Part shown: one piece after another, positions 61,755-64,000 of the stretch
Layout: every line of letters starts with the position of its first letter
How positions within the stretch are numbered: position 1 is the first letter of the stretch
NCBI GenBank assembly: GCA_963803435.1
Contig: CAWDML010000009.1
Location: 608,001-672,000 of the forward strand
Reading direction: 5' to 3'
DNA length: 64,000 nucleotides
Source of the DNA: an uncultured delta proteobacterium
Lineage (GTDB): Bacteria; Myxococcota; Kuafuiibacteriia; Kuafuiibacteriales; Kuafuiibacteriaceae
Program-made: the position numbers and the translations under genes
The notes under the pieces: model-generated
The model's database searches: none
The model's input: only the letters and a program-made list of their open reading frames with translations
What the model was told of the DNA's origin: nothing

Positions 61755-62951
61755 CTACGGCCCCATGTCCGCGGCGAAGTCGACGGAGCAGAACCCGTCC
61801 TGAGCGGCGTTCATGTACCCCACCCCTGCGGAGGCATAAGCGTGGGTCGGGGTGGCTGTGTCGCCGTCGAGGACCAGATACGTGCCGTATACGGTCGTCC
61901 CTGCAGGGCCGGCGCCGGTGCCGTTGACGAAGTTCCCGACCAACCCGGGCGGGGCGTCGGCGAGGGGTTCGAGGGTCAGGGTGGGGACACCGTAGGCACT
62001 GCTGATGGGCGCGCCGGAGATGTCGAAGTCTCCGGGGTTGGCGCCGTTGGCGAGGGTGACGGGGCCGTCGGTGAAGCCGACGGAGGCAGCGGTGATTGCG
62101 GCGAACTGGGCTTCCTGGCCAATCAGGGTGCCGTCGCAGCTGACGTACGGCATCGGGTCGTACACGAGGGTGTAGTTGCCGGGCGTGAGGTTGCCGCCTC
62201 CGGGGGGCGGGGGCGGGGTGGAGCTCCAGGTGAACTCGCCGAAGTCGCCCGTCAGGTTGGCGGTGATCAGGTCGCCGATGTTCAGGCCGCCTGCGGAGAA
62301 GCTGATGGTGCCGGTCACGGCGGCGGCTGCGATCTCGGGATCGGGGAGGTTGATGTCGCCGCGTGCGAAGATCGCGAGGCGATCGGTGCCGTCGAGGTTG
62401 ACGCTGGAGCCGACCGCGAAGTCGCTCGCGAGGACGATCGCGTACATCACGGTGCCGATGGTGGCGCCGGTGGCGGGATCGGTCTCTTCAGTATAACCGG
62501 CGAGCAAGAGGTAGTCGGTGCCGAGGTCGTCCGGGAGGACGCCGGCGAAGGTCTCGGCCGTCGAATCGCTGAAGGTGTTGCCGCCGGCGACGATCGAGCT
62601 CCAGCCGCCGGTCCCGACGGAGACCACCGCGTTGCCGTTGAGGAAATCGGCAACCGGCGCGAGCGTGAACGTCGCGCTCCCCGGGCTCGTGTTGGTCAGG
62701 CTGAACGCGCCCGCATTGGAGAAGATCGGCCCGCCGCCGATGTTCGGCATCGCTCCGCTCTGGCCCGTGGACACGCTCAGCTGCACCGCCTCGGGCGTGG
62801 CCTCCGGGGTGATATGCACCTGCTCGAACGGCGTCTGCTGTCGAGGCTTCTGTGGGTTCGAGGGCGCGCGCGCGATCTCGCCGCACGCCATCAGTCCGAT
62901 CGAGGTCGAGGCGATCATCGCCATGGCCCTGTTCCGTGTCACTAAACTCAT
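61755..62951 (-). CDS. Hypothetical beta-rich lipoprotein
   Basis: GGAAGGAG RBS; lipobox GLMAC; Gly/Thr-rich domains separated by a poly-Pro linker. Confidence 0.75.
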   Translation of the reverse strand: MSLVTRNRAMAMIASTSIGLMACGEIARAPSNPQKPRQQTPFEQVHITPEATPEAVQLSVSTGQSGAMPNIGGGPIFSNAGAFSLTNTSPGSATFTLAPVADFLNGNAVVSVGTGGWSSIVAGGNTFSDSTAETFAGVLPDDLGTDYLLLAGYTEETDPATGATIGTVMYAIVLASDFAVGSSVNLDGTDRLAIFARGDINLPDPEIAAAAVTGTISFSAGGLNIGDLITANLTGDFGEFTWSSTPPPPPGGGNLTPGNYTLVYDPMPYVSCDGTLIGQEAQFAAITAASVGFTDGPVTLANGANPGDFDISGAPISSAYGVPTLTLEPLADAPPGLVGNFVNGTGAGPAGTTVYGTYLVLDGDTATPTHAYASAGVGYMNAAQDGFCSVDFAADMGP

Positions 62952-63005
62952 CACTGCTCCTTCCACCAGGTCTCGGTGATGAATGGCCGGACCGGCGCGA
63001 TCGGA

Positions 63006-63632
63006 TCACGGAGGTGCGAGCGTGATCGAGAAGGAGAGGAAGCAGGCCCCGTCCATGTTGGCGGTTTCGAACTGAAAGCCGGCCTCGCCGACCGGTGGAT
63101 CGCGGAGTGTGTCGATGTAGACCGCGGCGACGTCGAGCAGGGTGGCATCCGGTCCCGCAATCCCGCCCTCGATCGGGAACGCACCCAGGAAGGTGCCGAT
63201 CGGCTGGTCGGGCACCACGTCCTTCTCGAGCAGCAGCTGCGTGGTCTGGAACGCGGCCTGGAGGACCGCGCCGCTGACGGTGGCGGAGGAGGGTCGCAAC
63301 ACGTAGTTGACGTCGCCGCCGGTGAGGTGGACGTCGCTGGCGCCCAGACCGAAGAAGTCGGTCTCGAATCCGCCGAGCGTGTCGGCGCAGGTGATCGTCG
63401 GGATCGCGCCGATCTGGAGCACGCGCGCGGTGCTTTGACCCGCGTCCAGAGACCCGCTGTCCGGCTCCCCGGCGTCCGGACTGGCTGCGTCGGGCTCGAG
63501 CTCCGCGTCGCGCTCGGCGTCCGCGGCGCCGGCATCGGCCGCGTCCTGGTGGGTCTCGACGTGCCCGAGAGGAAGGTCAATCGTGCAACCCGCCAGCAGC
63601 CCGGCCGCCACCCAGAGCGGAGCGCGCCTCAT
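63006..63632 (-). CDS. Hypothetical lipoprotein, paralogous to the C-terminal domain of the downstream lipoprotein
   Basis: Lipobox LLAGC; DAG-rich linker; shared two-Cys domain. Confidence 0.75.
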   Translation of the reverse strand: MRRAPLWVAAGLLAGCTIDLPLGHVETHQDAADAGAADAERDAELEPDAASPDAGEPDSGSLDAGQSTARVLQIGAIPTITCADTLGGFETDFFGLGASDVHLTGGDVNYVLRPSSATVSGAVLQAAFQTTQLLLEKDVVPDQPIGTFLGAFPIEGGIAGPDATLLDVAAVYIDTLRDPPVGEAGFQFETANMDGACFLSFSITLAPP

Positions 63633-64000
63633 GGCCCCCGCTCGCCGAGCAATGCCCGCGCGCGGGCCGCGTACGGTCGGTCCGCGAACTCGACCAGGAA
63701 GGCCTCCGCGCGGGCGCGCGCCTCGGGGAGCGCGAGCGCGAAGCCGGTCTCGACCCCGAGCGCCTCCGCCTCCTCGCGCAGCGAGCCGGCCCCGACCTCG
63801 CGGCGGTAGCGCTGCAGCGCGGCCTCGGCATCTTCGGCCCGGCCGGCCTCGAGGCTGGAGCGGGCCGCTCGGATCAGCTCGAGCTCCAGCGGCAGGCCGG
63901 GCGGCTTGGGAGGTCGCGCGCGCCGGGCCGGCCGGACCTCGGGCGCAGGCTCCACCACCACGGCCGGCTCCGGCTCGGGCTCCGGTTTGGGCGCTGCGAC
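63629..64000 (-). CDS. C-terminus of a myxobacterial anti-sigma-like/TPR protein; 5' end outside the window
   Basis: Pro-rich linker then ELELIRAARSSLEAG...ALQRYRREVGAGSLREEAEAL; ATGA overlap with next gene. Confidence 0.6.
   Translation of the reverse strand, partial: VAAPKPEPEPEPAVVVEPAPEVRPARRARPPKPPGLPLELELIRAARSSLEAGRAEDAEAALQRYRREVGAGSLREEAEALGVETGFALALPEARARAEAFLVEFADRPYAARARALLGERGP

Overview
Very GC-rich, gene-dense bacterial window whose content (three Hanks-type Ser/Thr kinases, PEGA, HEAT, PPC/Cys-rich and anti-sigma-like proteins) points to a Myxococcota-type genome. Many genes are split by single-base frameshifts, most densely at 6.2-13.2 kb, consistent with long-read/MAG indel errors. 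Housekeeping genes: a DAACS symporter (partial), CDF transporter, HIT, malQ, nuoG/H/I, arfB, a KirBac channel, pfkA, lhr, scpB, rluB and aspS. Most unusual items: (1) a translationally coupled pair of Hsp90/HtpG-like GHKL ATPases, one with two internal transmembrane helices and one ending in an HELAH zincin motif, next to a membrane Ser/Thr kinase (31.3-36.8 kb); (2) an unannotated protein that appears to carry two tandem palm domains, a degenerate GGDEF-like one and a GGDD (Cas10/mCpol-like) one (27.0-28.7 kb); (3) a 1922-bp IS1182-like element with a CTAG target duplication, 65/66-bp TIRs built largely from a GGTCCC-type hexamer array, and a four-helix-bundle passenger gene (55.3-57.2 kb); (4) a YqiJ-flotillin-giant AAA ATPase operon (6.2-14.3 kb); (5) a multi-stem intergenic element after aspS. 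No rRNA, tRNA or CRISPR array was seen. All family calls come from motif reading by eye; no database searches were run.
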